This document shows, piece after piece, positions 19,901-29,384 of a stretch of 64,000 nt of DNA; position 1 is the first letter of the stretch; every line of letters begins with the position of its first letter. The notes beneath the pieces are model-generated. The model searched no databases. It saw only the letters and a program-made list of their open reading frames with translations, and was not told the origin of the DNA. The translations under genes were made by a program, and so were the position numbers. The stretch comes from a virus: positions 4,415 to 68,414 of the IMG/VR virus record IMGVR_UViG_3300020045_001394; one strand, written 5' to 3'.

Positions 19901-20608
19901 GATCTAACTGATGCGCTTCGTGGATGGGATAGCCTTACTAGTTTCAACCAAGAAGTTAAAGTAAGAGCAGAACAAGACTTAGCGATTGTCAGTAATATAA
20001 CAACACTCACAGCTCAAGTGGATACAAACAAAGGTCAAGTTACTGATCTTGAGCAAGTAGTTGTTACCAATAATGCAGCCACCGCTACAGCTATTCAACA
20101 GCTTCAAGTTAATGTCAATGGTAACACTGCGCTTATCAATACTACAAGCGAAGCTCTTGCAGATACTAATGGTAAACTTAGCACAATCTGGTCTGTTAAG
20201 ATGGAACTTAATACTAATGGACAGTATGTAGCAGCAGGCGTTGGTCTGAGTATCGAAGCTAACGGTGTTGGTGCATTGCAAAGTCAGTTCTTGGTTAATG
20301 CTAATAGATTTTCGGTAATTAACGGCGCTGGTGGAACGAGTATTCCATTCATTGTTGAGAACAACCAAGTATTTATTCAGAGTGCATTTATCCAAGACGG
20401 TAGTATCACCATGCTTAAGATTGGAGATGCTTTGCAGTCTGATAACTATGTTGCAAATTCTCTTGGCTGGAGACTGACTAAAGCTGGCACATTTGAGATT
20501 AATGGTAGTGTTGCAGGTCAAGGTAAGATGACTATGACTAATAGATCATTAAGAGTATATGATGCTGCTGGAGTTAAACGTGTGCAATTGGGAGACCTTA
20601 CGGAATGA
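16970..20608 (+). CDS. Central tail fibre / host-specificity protein (lambda gpJ-like)
   Basis: 1212 aa; WTDNPAW and GCTSRGEA motifs, FN3-like segments, CBM-like segment, DUF1983-like C-terminus. Confidence 0.95.
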   Translation: MQDLEKEYGAKFNAYVPVHEGSKGGQEEAHTPVETPNNLQSVAYAKVLVAVGEGELAGTPTGRDIYLNGTPLIGPGGEENFGGVTWEWRSGTVDQPYIQGNPEVSNETTINFSLKYDTPWVRQITKVSLSAVRVTLNFPALQQQLTNGDTVGYSINYAIDIATDGGPFVTYQNYTVSGKTNSAYERTHRVNLPKNPSSGWTIRVRRTTVDSTSSSVQDSMSVKSFTEVVDAKQRYPNTALLFVQFDSRLFGGGSIPAISVKVKGRIIRVPSNYDPETRTYSGVWSGDFKWAWTDNPAWVFLDIVTNERFGLGNRVNLNQVSKWDLYEVSQYCDVMVDDGKGAGTLEPRHTCNVYLQSETDAWQVLRDICSIFNGMTYWNGNEFIAIADKEESIDNIPTFSRADVVEGNFDYQATDERSIYTSALVSYDEPTNHYGTQVEAVWEKAEILRWGGDRQTKLSAIGCTSRGEAQRKGKYNLLTNLYNRTVTFKTGLQGLNSKVQPGKIIGVADPLIAGKPFTGRLKSGTVTVVTLDRATEAKSGDRLFVALRDGTQQARTIDQVQGSVVTVSTAYSEVPMANAIWYLEASDLKNQLFKVTKLVHSGNGVYEVTGVEYNQSKFAAIDNGARLESRPVSKVPPAFLNPPSPITVTAASFIEQTLAVTTMTASWAAVQNAVLYEGQYKIGQGDWITLGTTGAQEFNVRGIYTGEYVVRVRSINALGIKSLWGLSSTTPLEGKAGAPPSLASLTITPLIFGQRLNWSFLPGSEDVARTEIYQSTTPSFALATKLGDFAYPQITHDINGLAAGVTFYYWARLIDRTGNIGPFIPLSTLNGVQGISSNNAADYEVYFSGQIKNSSLGQNLADRIDLIDGDGPGSVNERISHLTDALEWNETSTYLAGDTVRVGQRLYQAKINVPVNTSPPNETYWQDIGTITQTVNALALQVTQNTTKIEEVDGRLTATASQLTALRAQYRNDNGEGDLTDALRGWDSLTSFNQEVKVRAEQDLAIVSNITTLTAQVDTNKGQVTDLEQVVVTNNAATATAIQQLQVNVNGNTALINTTSEALADTNGKLSTIWSVKMELNTNGQYVAAGVGLSIEANGVGALQSQFLVNANRFSVINGAGGTSIPFIVENNQVFIQSAFIQDGSITMLKIGDALQSDNYVANSLGWRLTKAGTFEINGSVAGQGKMTMTNRSLRVYDAAGVKRVQLGDLTE

Positions 20609-20931
20609 GTTTTGGAATGAGAATATGGGGTAGCAATGGGGCTCTCCAGATAGATGAGAATTCTTTTACTGTAAGAATTATTTACTCGGCAATTGTATCT
20701 CCCTCTGGACGTAGCACATTCATAAGTATCCCTGGAGTTGCACCTTCTACACATTCAGCAGTTTGTTTTCCAGTAGGCGCTTATGATAACACTGCGCAGT
20801 TTACTAGTGCTATTCAGTTTACACCAATTGTTGGTAGTGGAGGTGTTACAGTCTACTTTGGAAGCCCTGCTGCTGGTACGGGGCCAACTGGTACTACTCC
20901 TCAGAGACTGCTTGTTATGAGGTATCGTTAA
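20605..20931 (+). CDS. Tail tip accessory protein
   Basis: FGMRIW...G N-terminus; coupled to gpJ by ATGA overlap. Confidence 0.6.
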   Translation: MSFGMRIWGSNGALQIDENSFTVRIIYSAIVSPSGRSTFISIPGVAPSTHSAVCFPVGAYDNTAQFTSAIQFTPIVGSGGVTVYFGSPAAGTGPTGTTPQRLLVMRYR

Positions 20932-21587
20932 TGACTTATGGATTAACATTTACAAATAATAGTGATGTTGTAACCCTTGATTCTGAATTCTCCAGGCTTG
21001 TTGTCTTGAGAGAAGGTACGTGGAGTGGGACAGGCTCTGGTGTTTACGTACCCTTTGGTCAAACTATAGCTACTATAGAAGCACCGCTAGTGTTTGTACG
21101 ACCAAGCCAATCAAATACATTTAGTTACTGTGTGGTTACAGGTTCTGCTGGTGCATGGACAGGTTTCTCTTTTATAGGGATTGTTGGTCAAGAAACTTCT
21201 GGAAACTGGTTCGCTGGAGCTTTTAAGTCAAACCCTACAGCAACATACGGTCTTCGTTTGTGGGATGAGTACTCGGAGCTTCTATTTGACAATGACACAC
21301 CTTGTGCGCAATTTACAAGGACGATTACAGGCTGGTCTTACTTGGGAGCTACACAAACAAGTCAGGGCGTATACAGACTAAGTTGGACAGCAAACTCTCC
21401 ACTGAACACCGGAGATTATATGCTTATAAATAATATAGCGATGGATATGGCAGGAATAACTTCTAGACAGGGAAAACAGTATGCTGTGTGGGAGTATAAT
21501 AATAATCGTCTTGTTATTCAGGCAGTGGGGGTTGACCTTCCAACCGCACAGTATATTCCAGTAGTATTTGCAAAACCAATATCTTAG
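20931..21587 (+). CDS. Tail tip accessory protein
   Basis: YGL.F.N and YGLRLWD...LLFD repeats typical of genes following gpJ. Confidence 0.6.
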   Translation: MTYGLTFTNNSDVVTLDSEFSRLVVLREGTWSGTGSGVYVPFGQTIATIEAPLVFVRPSQSNTFSYCVVTGSAGAWTGFSFIGIVGQETSGNWFAGAFKSNPTATYGLRLWDEYSELLFDNDTPCAQFTRTITGWSYLGATQTSQGVYRLSWTANSPLNTGDYMLINNIAMDMAGITSRQGKQYAVWEYNNNRLVIQAVGVDLPTAQYIPVVFAKPIS

Positions 21588-21596
21588 GAGAAATAA

Positions 21597-22988
21597 ATGA
21601 CATGGTATAAAACAGGAACAGTGCAAGTTACTCTAAACTCTAATGCTGTTGTTGGAACAGGGACAGCCTTCATTGCCAATGCTCGTGTTGGGGATGCATT
21701 CTCTGGTCCTGATGGTAATTGGTATGAAGTGATTAACGTTGTTAGTAATACATCTTTGGGTATTTATCCAAACTATAGAGGAGCATCAGTAGCCTCTGGT
21801 GGGGTGTATGTTATTGCCCCAATGGAAGGGTATGTTAAGGATAGTGCTGATGCTCTGAGGGCTGCTACGCAAGTTATTGGACAGGTAGGTACAGACGTTT
21901 CAGCACAAGTGACTCTTGCCACAAACGCTGCTACAAGTGCTACCAACAGTGCCACAAACGCTGCATCCTCTGCAACTGATGCTAACTCTAGCAAGGTAGC
22001 AGCCAAATCCAGTGAAGACGCCGCTAAGACCTCTGAGACTAATGCTTCCACTAGCAGAACAAACGCTGCTACAAGTGCAACGAATGCTGGAAACAGTGCC
22101 ACAGCCGCAGCTAACAGCGCGACACAAGCTGCCAATAGTGCTGCCTCTGTCGCTAATAAAGCAAACTCAGGCGCTAATAGTGATATTACTTCTTTATCTG
22201 GTCTGACTACTCCGCTCTCTGTCTCTCAAGGTGGCACAGGAAGGAATACAGGTACTATTCTCTATGTTGGGGATTTTGGGGTTGGTGGCGCTCTTGGCGT
22301 TAGGTTACCGTCTGATGATGCTAACATTGCATTAGCGAACGGTAACTATTGGACACCACTGGCATGGACAGGATCCCCATATGCAGGTAGCGACTCTCGA
22401 AATCAGGGGTATCTTGAACACCAGAACCAAGGTGTAACTACGTATGCTGTACAAATTTGGAGGGGGATTCTCACAGCTTACGGTACATTTGTCAGATACA
22501 AGGTTGCTGGAGCATGGCAGGCATGGGTATCCTCAGGAAGTGCCACTACGTGGGGCTCGATAACAGGGACACTTTCATCACAAACCGATCTACAAGCTGC
22601 CTTAGACGCTAAGATGGACACCTCTCTTGCTGGTTTTGCATATGCTTACCCAAATGGAGGCACGGTCTCTGCTCCTGCAAACATTGCTGTAAATCAAAGA
22701 TACACTGTTACTAATCCGTTTCCAGGGCTACCTGTGATTTGTGTTGTTGAGGTTCTTTATTCAGGCCAGTGGGGTGACCCTGGGTGGGCGACATATGTAA
22801 GTAACAATAACTACGGTGCGCGAGCTGGTCAACTAATAAACTCAACCAATGGCACGGATGTAATTATTGTTAAGACGGGAACAACTGGTGTGCTGATTAC
22901 AGGGGAGGCAGGCTCTCCACATGCAACAGGACCAGCGGCAGGAACCGCATTGCCTGGACGAGTTAAAGTATGGAGATTGAAAGGATGA
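21597..22988 (+). CDS. Side tail fibre protein
   Basis: N-terminal WYKTGTV..T.NS..V.G.GT.F anchor, Ala/Ser/Thr-rich shaft, GANSDITSLSGLTT.LS..QGGTG motif. Confidence 0.88.
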   Translation: MTWYKTGTVQVTLNSNAVVGTGTAFIANARVGDAFSGPDGNWYEVINVVSNTSLGIYPNYRGASVASGGVYVIAPMEGYVKDSADALRAATQVIGQVGTDVSAQVTLATNAATSATNSATNAASSATDANSSKVAAKSSEDAAKTSETNASTSRTNAATSATNAGNSATAAANSATQAANSAASVANKANSGANSDITSLSGLTTPLSVSQGGTGRNTGTILYVGDFGVGGALGVRLPSDDANIALANGNYWTPLAWTGSPYAGSDSRNQGYLEHQNQGVTTYAVQIWRGILTAYGTFVRYKVAGAWQAWVSSGSATTWGSITGTLSSQTDLQAALDAKMDTSLAGFAYAYPNGGTVSAPANIAVNQRYTVTNPFPGLPVICVVEVLYSGQWGDPGWATYVSNNNYGARAGQLINSTNGTDVIIVKTGTTGVLITGEAGSPHATGPAAGTALPGRVKVWRLKG

Positions 22989-23359
22989 AATATTACGCAG
23001 AAGTAGGTTTTAATTTGCAGATGGTGGATGACGCCGAGTTTGGTTGTCCAGAGGGCTGGATAGAAATGTTTGCCCCTAGACCTGAAGATGAAAATACTCT
23101 TGATTACACCGCTCAGATCGATGGGACTTGGAAAATTACTCAAGAAACATTGAATGCAAAATTGGCCCCTGTTGAAAATGCTTGGCGAAATAATGAGATG
23201 TCTATTGCAAAAAATAATGTGACAGCTATTGAATTTGGTGATGATGATATTAAGGGTACTTCTAGTGAATGGAAGGCCTATTGGCTTGTCCTTCGTAAAT
23301 GGACAGATGCTAATCCAGACTTCCCTGATAGCACTAAACGTCCTGTATCTCCAGAATAG
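22985..23359 (+). CDS. Tail fibre assembly chaperone
   Basis: ENAWRN.E...W..Y...LRKW....FPD...RP pattern; follows the fibre gene. Confidence 0.75.
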   Translation: MKYYAEVGFNLQMVDDAEFGCPEGWIEMFAPRPEDENTLDYTAQIDGTWKITQETLNAKLAPVENAWRNNEMSIAKNNVTAIEFGDDDIKGTSSEWKAYWLVLRKWTDANPDFPDSTKRPVSPE

Positions 23360-23367
23360 GGGGAAAT

Positions 23368-23958
23368 ATGCAGATTAAAATCACTGATTCCCTCAAGAAA
23401 AAAATAGCTGTAGCTCTTTTAGCGACTGGGGTGGGGGGTCCATCAGCTTACGTTGCTACAGAGCTTACAGCCCCATCAGAAGGCTTCTATCTCACTCCCT
23501 ACGTTGATCCTGTAGGACTTACCACAATCTGTTTAGGTCACCTTGTGCAAAAAGGTGAAGTAGTTAAGCCTAAATATACAGAAGATGAATGTATTGCTAT
23601 CTTCGTCAAGGATTGGCTTAAGCATGAGAAACAATACGATTCTCTTGTAAAAGTGCCATATAAATCTGAATGGATGAAAGCAGCAGGAACAGACTTTACC
23701 TTTAATAAAGGTGTTGGCAATGTTGAGTCTAGCACCTATCTTAGAAATATGAATAGCAGAGACTATGATGCCTCTTGTTTACAATTAACTAGATGGGTGT
23801 ATGGAAGAGTGGGTGGTATTATGAAAGTGCTTCCCGGACTTGTCACTCGCTCTACTAAACAATATGCTTATTGTATGGGTAATGAGCCTGGAGACTACAA
23901 AACAAAAATGAGTCAATGGCAAGGAGGGAATACGCTTGGTAAAGAAACAAAGCCGTAA
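23368..23958 (+). CDS. SAR endolysin (GH24 lysozyme)
   Basis: Basic N-terminus plus Gly/Ala-rich weakly hydrophobic SAR segment; E-x8-D-x5-T triad (EGFYLTPYVDPVGLTT); GL..R motif. Confidence 0.9.
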   Translation: MQIKITDSLKKKIAVALLATGVGGPSAYVATELTAPSEGFYLTPYVDPVGLTTICLGHLVQKGEVVKPKYTEDECIAIFVKDWLKHEKQYDSLVKVPYKSEWMKAAGTDFTFNKGVGNVESSTYLRNMNSRDYDASCLQLTRWVYGRVGGIMKVLPGLVTRSTKQYAYCMGNEPGDYKTKMSQWQGGNTLGKETKP

Positions 23959-24241
23959 AGTAAAAGTATATTCTCATATTTGCAAATACCATAAATATTA
24001 TACAAGAGCATCTAATATCTTCATTGCCATCTCTATGGCAGGGCTTGCCTTGTTAGGTGTACTCAATACTGTGCTGACAGTGAGTGCTTTAATCTTATGG
24101 GGAATGTTCTTTGCTGGGATGTATGCTCTTGGTAAGTTTATGGACGAGGAAGTAGAGGACTTTAATAAATCTAAAGAGGGGAAAGTATGTGAGCTTCCTA
24201 AGCACTATTCTAAAAGGGATACCTGGGATATTAGCGGCTAG
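23936..24241 (+). CDS. Probable holin (two TM segments)
   Basis: Two hydrophobic helices with charged termini; lies between endolysin and spanins. Confidence 0.55.
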   Translation: MVKKQSRKVKVYSHICKYHKYYTRASNIFIAISMAGLALLGVLNTVLTVSALILWGMFFAGMYALGKFMDEEVEDFNKSKEGKVCELPKHYSKRDTWDISG

Positions 24242-24623
24242 TTCTGGGTATATTATTGCTGGACTATTATCCCTTCTCTTAGCTTCTGTATATCTGAATA
24301 AGCATCAGCAATCTGAGATTAATGATATTACAAAGACAAGTTCTGAAGTGTATTTGATTAATGTTGGGTTGAATAAGACTATTACTGATCTTAGACAAGA
24401 GCTGATTGATGGTCCAAAAGAATATATTCAGATTACTAAAGATGTTCAGAATGAGATTTGCACAGCTAAGTATTCAGCAGACGCTATTCTTAGCATTCTT
24501 CCCTCACAGGCTCCTTTGATTAACCCTGTAACACAAACAAAGGAGGTACTAACTAATGAGAAGAAGTCTGCTGTCGATATTGATGCTCCTCTCCCTGACG
24601 AGCTTGTACGCTTGCTCAAATAA
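24189..24623 (+). CDS. Inner-membrane spanin (Rz-like)
   Basis: N-terminal TM helix, coiled-coil periplasmic part, C-terminal D..LPD.L..LL. Confidence 0.75.
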   Translation: MSFLSTILKGIPGILAASSGYIIAGLLSLLLASVYLNKHQQSEINDITKTSSEVYLINVGLNKTITDLRQELIDGPKEYIQITKDVQNEICTAKYSADAILSILPSQAPLINPVTQTKEVLTNEKKSAVDIDAPLPDELVRLLK

Positions 24624-24876
24624 ACAAGAGCAGCCACAGGTAGTTTACACGGTTGAAAAGCTCTATATTCCTGCTGAATTACTCACTTTAAACTGCTCTG
24701 AGACTTCCCCCTACCTACCACAAGGGGGTGAGCTTATCACAGCTAGATCACTCTCCTATGCCTATGTAAAGGATAGAGGGTGTCTTAGGGCTCATATGAA
24801 GCTAGTAGAAGGCTTAAAGAATAAATATACACAGCCACAACCTTCCAGGGAGGAGACTCAAGATGTCGGAAAATGA
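24556..24876 (+). CDS. Outer-membrane spanin lipoprotein (Rz1-like), overlapping Rz
   Basis: AAGGAGGT SD; signal peptide with lipobox LYAC; Pro-rich body. Confidence 0.8.
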   Translation: MRRSLLSILMLLSLTSLYACSNKQEQPQVVYTVEKLYIPAELLTLNCSETSPYLPQGGELITARSLSYAYVKDRGCLRAHMKLVEGLKNKYTQPQPSREETQDVGK

Positions 24877-25201
24877 AAAGCCCAGTAAACAGGATAAGCT
24901 ACAAGTGATCTTGGATCATTGGGGTAAGATGGCTGTAGGGCTTGTGCTCACCTTGGGAGTGTATTCCTATCAAGGAGATAGACAAGCTATCCAGAACGAT
25001 ATGGCTGGATTATCAGCTCGTACAGGAGCTAGTGAGCGTAGCATTGGACGTTTGCAAGACCAGAAGGCTAGCAGGGAAGAGGTGAAAGAGCTACAAACTC
25101 AGTTCATTAGGGAAATGTCAGGCACAAGGCAAGATTTCAAAGATGGTATGCAGCTTCTTAGGAATGATATTGTTCAGAGGCTAGATTTGATTAAGCGATA
25201 A
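24863..25201 (+). CDS. Single-TM coiled-coil membrane protein (possible second holin or lysis accessory)
   Basis: One hydrophobic helix followed by a coiled coil; last gene of the lysis operon. Confidence 0.45.
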   Translation: MSENEKPSKQDKLQVILDHWGKMAVGLVLTLGVYSYQGDRQAIQNDMAGLSARTGASERSIGRLQDQKASREEVKELQTQFIREMSGTRQDFKDGMQLLRNDIVQRLDLIKR

Positions 25202-25240
25202 TAAATAATAAGAAATATGTATGTTGAATATAACAAGAAC

Positions 25241-25286
25241 AAAAATGCCCCGCTCCTTGGCTCGGAGACGGGGCTTTATTTTGTTT
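25241..25286. terminator. Bidirectional terminator between convergent late and minus-strand operons
   Basis: AAAAA-T-GCCCCG...CGGGGC-TTTATTTTGTTT. Confidence 0.8.
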
Positions 25287-26007
25287 ATTGCTTTGTGAGT
25301 TTAATGGTCTTCTTGTCTGATAGATTCTTTACTAGGGTGAACGCTTTCTCTAATGACTTAACAAAAACTTGAGCATCTTCCTTTGAAGTGAATGCTTGCC
25401 CTGCGATTGCATCATGCAAGATAAAGTCATTTGGTCTGCTTACCCAAGTAACAATCCATGTTTCAACACCTTCCAACTCAATTGGATTATTGTGGTCTGC
25501 TACAAATATGCTTTTAAGTTTATTTAACATTTTATTTACTCCGTCCGTTTATGTGCTGATTCAAAACTAACATTCTCTTTCTTAATGCTAGACTGCTGAG
25601 ACGCATTGTTAGGCACAATGCTTGGAATATCATATTGCTGCATCACAGGTCTATATTCCAAAGGCGTTGGCTTGAGAGTATTACTATATAACCAAGCCAA
25701 GCCGTATAAAGTAAACAAGGCCACAAGGGATGCAATTAGAAGCTTTTTCATGTTATTCACCAAAGATGAAGTATTTCTGATTAGAATGTTTATCTGACAT
25801 AAAGTAAGGAGTGCAGGGATCAAAAGACTGAGTAGCATCATTGAAGAACTCATACAGAATACCTTCCTCAACATAGCAAACTCCTGACCAGATATTACCA
25901 TTATACTCAAACAACACAACAAACTGACCTTCTGTTGGTATACTATCTACTTGTTTCATTTTGTCTCTCCAGTAATTAAGTTTTATGAATCTTCAAACTC
26001 AGGACAG

Positions 26008-26077
26008 AGAATACTCTAGGAATCGAAGGCTGTCAACATTTATTTTAGGCAAAAGAAAGCCCACCATCTGGTGGGCT
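26008..26077 (-). promoter_or_regulatory. Terminator + A-tract + sigma70 promoter cassette, copy 1
   Basis: Minus strand: AGCCCACC-AGAT-GGTGGGCT-TTCTTTT...AAAATAAATG-TTGACA, 17 nt, TATTCT. Confidence 0.85.
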
Positions 26078-26082
26078 CTCGT

Positions 26083-26322
26083 CTACACAAGCCACTTAAG
26101 CTCAATAGCTTTCTCTAAGGCTTTGATGAGGTACTGTGCATGTTGCTTGTCTTGGATCAGTAGATAATCCATGCAGTCTGAGACCTTGATATAGTTACCT
26201 TATTTAATGATATAATTTGCAATTTCAAGGTATTCTTGTTTATCCATACTATTTGCAAATACAATCTTATCTACTTCAAAATTCTCATCTGTACGAACAT
26301 CAAATGTTGTCTTAGTACTCAT
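26083..26322 (-). pseudogene. Small phage gene interrupted by an in-frame TAA at 26200-26202
   Basis: MSTKTTFDVRT...NYIIK*GNYIKV...AQYLIKALEKAIELKWLV*; good RBS, and the frame continues past the stop. Confidence 0.65.
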
Positions 26323-27956
26323 TCATCTTCTCCTTTACTTTTATTTTGTGTATCCAAACTACCACGTTTAATATTCCTTTGAGCCTTACGAGAATCACGC
26401 TTAGCTCGTTCATTCTTACGATACTCTTGAATCTCTTCAGCGTATTCATGATCTTTTTGTTTAGACATTTTAACTACTTGTTTCAAGGGGTGATCCTATT
26501 TAAAGATAAATTTATTTGCATATTCTTGAGGAGCAATACTCAACAGAGTAGTGGCTACATCCACTGCTGCATTATACGTCCCTCTATTGCTTGTGTAAAG
26601 ACTTATTGTCTTGTTTAGACGAGACACAATATATTCTGTATTGCAGCGAAGATCATAAGTCTCTGTGTAAATATCAGATAGCTCAGCATCATATTCATCA
26701 AGATATTGTGCTGTCTCTTCGCTAGTCATGTGCTCAGAGAAGTCTGTGAACAGAGAATTACACACTATTCGGATAAGCTCGTTGTTAGATGTCATTTAAT
26801 GCTATCCCAATCGAAATTAAGCTTAGACTTTAGCAGAGCAATCTCTTCTTGTAAAGCCTTCACTTCTGAAATGTGGTCTTCGTAAAGAATCCATTCACCA
26901 TCTTCAATCATATCCATGGCACTTGAGTAAGGACCAATATCATAGCGTTGAATGCTCATGCTTCATATTCCTCTGTAATCTCTTTGATATTACCAACAAT
27001 TCGATGATAACCGCCGGGCCTACCAAAGTCAATAAAAAAGTTATGACCTATGGCAAACAGATAGCCAGGCCTAACGTCCTCTGCCTTAACGGTTCGTGAT
27101 GAGTTGTCATCAAGGTCCATAAATGTACGACCAACCCATGTCTCTACAAAATGCTGCATCTGTAGTCGGGGTGTCCATGAATCGCAAGCATCATCTACAG
27201 GAAATTGCCAAAGCTCTTGTAAGGTGCAGTTGGTACGTTTAACAAGATTCTTTACACTTTCATACTCATCAAAATTCTCTTTGCTGAAGTTGTCAATCAG
27301 CTTCTCAAGATTATCATGGAGATTATCAATTTCAAGCAATGTGCTTTCTGGAATATTACGCTGTTTACCAAGTTCTCGGCAGGCTGTCATTTACTAATAC
27401 TCTGTTGTTTTACACTCATCATAATATCTTCATATTCTTTATCCAGCTTACCTTGAATATAAGCTGTCTCATACCAGTAGAAAGCTGATGCAATCTTAGG
27501 AAGGTTGTAGCTTCCATTTGACAAGCGACATGCTTTCACTTCATCAGGATTCATTCCTGTATAAGCTGCATATTTAAGCTCAAATTTATCGTGTCTAGTC
27601 ATCATATCGGTTTGCCTCCGCATAATCATAAGCCTCTTCAGCTTGTTCTGAGGCAATAATATCCCAAAGCTCGGATGAAATCAAGGAGGAATATTTGTCT
27701 CCAAGCAGGCTTAATTCCATAGTTAATACAGGTCGCTTACAGTCAGGCTCAAAATCACAGTCTTCATAAGTGGCAGATGTCAACTCCCATTCAAGATATT
27801 GCTCTCCGTAGTAATCCTCTGGACAAGCAGCTTGGAGAGAATATGTTCCCTTTGTATTGACAAAATCTGTAACACGAGCTGTTACGTAGAAATCAACATC
27901 TTGGGGAGAGATGCTATCGAGCTGACCAGCAAAGCATAGTTCATATTCGTCGTTGA

Positions 27957-28190
27957 TCATTTAGAACGCTCCAAAAGCATTGCATCTGCCATTTGATAAG
28001 CACAAGCTGCTACACTTGAGTTAATACTATCTTCATCCTCACGATAGTACCCATCTTCGAATGCTTTCCAAGCAACAGGAAGTGCTTTAGCTGCAAAGTA
28101 ATCACGAAGGCTCATACCCAGAACTGCACCGAATTCGTTGCTATCGCTCGGGAATGCCGGTGCACTCATATCTTTATTACTCAGGCTCAT
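27957..28190 (-). CDS. Conserved small phage protein (AFP...GMSLRDYFAAKA...AY..ADAML..R family)
   Basis: Motif familiar from many phage hypothetical proteins; function unknown. Confidence 0.8.
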   Translation of the reverse strand: MSLSNKDMSAPAFPSDSNEFGAVLGMSLRDYFAAKALPVAWKAFEDGYYREDEDSINSSVAACAYQMADAMLLERSK

Positions 28191-29176
28191 TATTTAATCT
28201 CCAGAATTTCTTTCTCGACCAGTTTAAGAATATCTTGCAATTTACCAACAGCGCTACGCTTGCTTGTCTCAGACTTTACTTTTACGTCCATTGTATTTAC
28301 ATAATTCATGGCTGTCTTAACGCCATTGTACACGTCTGACAACAATACACCAGATGCTTGCTCATTCCTAAAGTGAAGATTATAGCCTGTCTGGATAAGA
28401 GATTCAATCCACTCTTTGTCCTTCACATAGATACTCTCAAGATATTCAAAGCTGCCTTTGAACGTCCCTCGTGTTTTCTGAAGGTCTGCTTTAGGCATGA
28501 TATATTTACCAAAGGCTGTGACGTATTCCAAACCAGAATGTGTACTATTGGAGTACAGCTTCTTACCTTCAGTCTGAGAATAGCTCAAGCCTTCCTTAAA
28601 CTCAAAGCTCAGTGATTTAAATTTAGCATGAAGCATTGAGGCTACAGCTCGTGAACGATCATACTCATAGAGAGGAACGTCAGCTTTTCCTGTCAAGAAG
28701 CCTGCAACAATATAAGGATTACCGCTGTCTTGACGGATATGGCTACGATCAATCAGCATAGGTTCTGAATAGGAAGTCTCTTCTTTGTAAACAGCTTTCC
28801 ATTGAGATACAAACTTGCGATATTCAAATTCAGCTTCAAGAGATTCCCACTCTTGTTCTCCATCTTCATATTCTGTGCATTTAGACTTAAGCTCAGAGAT
28901 AAAATCTTTGTAGGATTCAACAGACAGAAGATCGTCAGTAATCCCATCTCGTACTGGCTGATATCCAATCAGAACATTAGTCTTGAATATAGCACGAATG
29001 TTCTCTACGTCATTAACACTCACTTGATGACGGACATTATAGGAGTTGTAGCCTGTGTTACTTACTACTTCTCCGTCAATAAGGTATACACCACAAGGAA
29101 GTTCTACGATATTAACACCAAGATCATCAATGCTCACCACTTTCAATACTTGTGTTGCTGGAGCTAGGATAGTCAT
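28190..29176 (-). CDS. Hypothetical protein, 328 aa
   Basis: Long ORF with GAGG RBS; no motif recognised. Confidence 0.8.
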   Translation of the reverse strand: MTILAPATQVLKVVSIDDLGVNIVELPCGVYLIDGEVVSNTGYNSYNVRHQVSVNDVENIRAIFKTNVLIGYQPVRDGITDDLLSVESYKDFISELKSKCTEYEDGEQEWESLEAEFEYRKFVSQWKAVYKEETSYSEPMLIDRSHIRQDSGNPYIVAGFLTGKADVPLYEYDRSRAVASMLHAKFKSLSFEFKEGLSYSQTEGKKLYSNSTHSGLEYVTAFGKYIMPKADLQKTRGTFKGSFEYLESIYVKDKEWIESLIQTGYNLHFRNEQASGVLLSDVYNGVKTAMNYVNTMDVKVKSETSKRSAVGKLQDILKLVEKEILEIK

Positions 29177-29189
29177 TTCTCAATACCTC

Positions 29190-29384
29190 TCATTTAATTT
29201 CGTTATTAGTTTCTGGTACTAGGCGCTTCTGAGCAACGTTGCCAATAATATAGCCGCTTACAATCAACCCCGTCAAATTCTCTACAATATTGGCAGGAAT
29301 CTTACCATACCAAAGGAAGACAAACAATAGGAGTTGTACTGCAAGGCATAAAATAAATTTACGGGATGATAGCTTGTCTTTCAT
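29190..29384 (-). CDS. Small two-TM holin-like membrane protein
   Basis: KLSSRKF followed by two hydrophobic helices and ..YIIGN; resembles small phage holins. Confidence 0.55.
   Translation of the reverse strand: MKDKLSSRKFILCLAVQLLLFVFLWYGKIPANIVENLTGLIVSGYIIGNVAQKRLVPETNNEIK

Noticed and set aside
21773-22135. Ala/Val-rich minus-strand ORF and other antisense ORFs over structural and replication genes
   Set aside because: Shadow frames of well-supported plus-strand genes.
26200-26202. Stop-codon reassignment suggested by in-frame TAA codons
   Set aside because: TAA, TAG and TGA all terminate clearly identified genes throughout the window.
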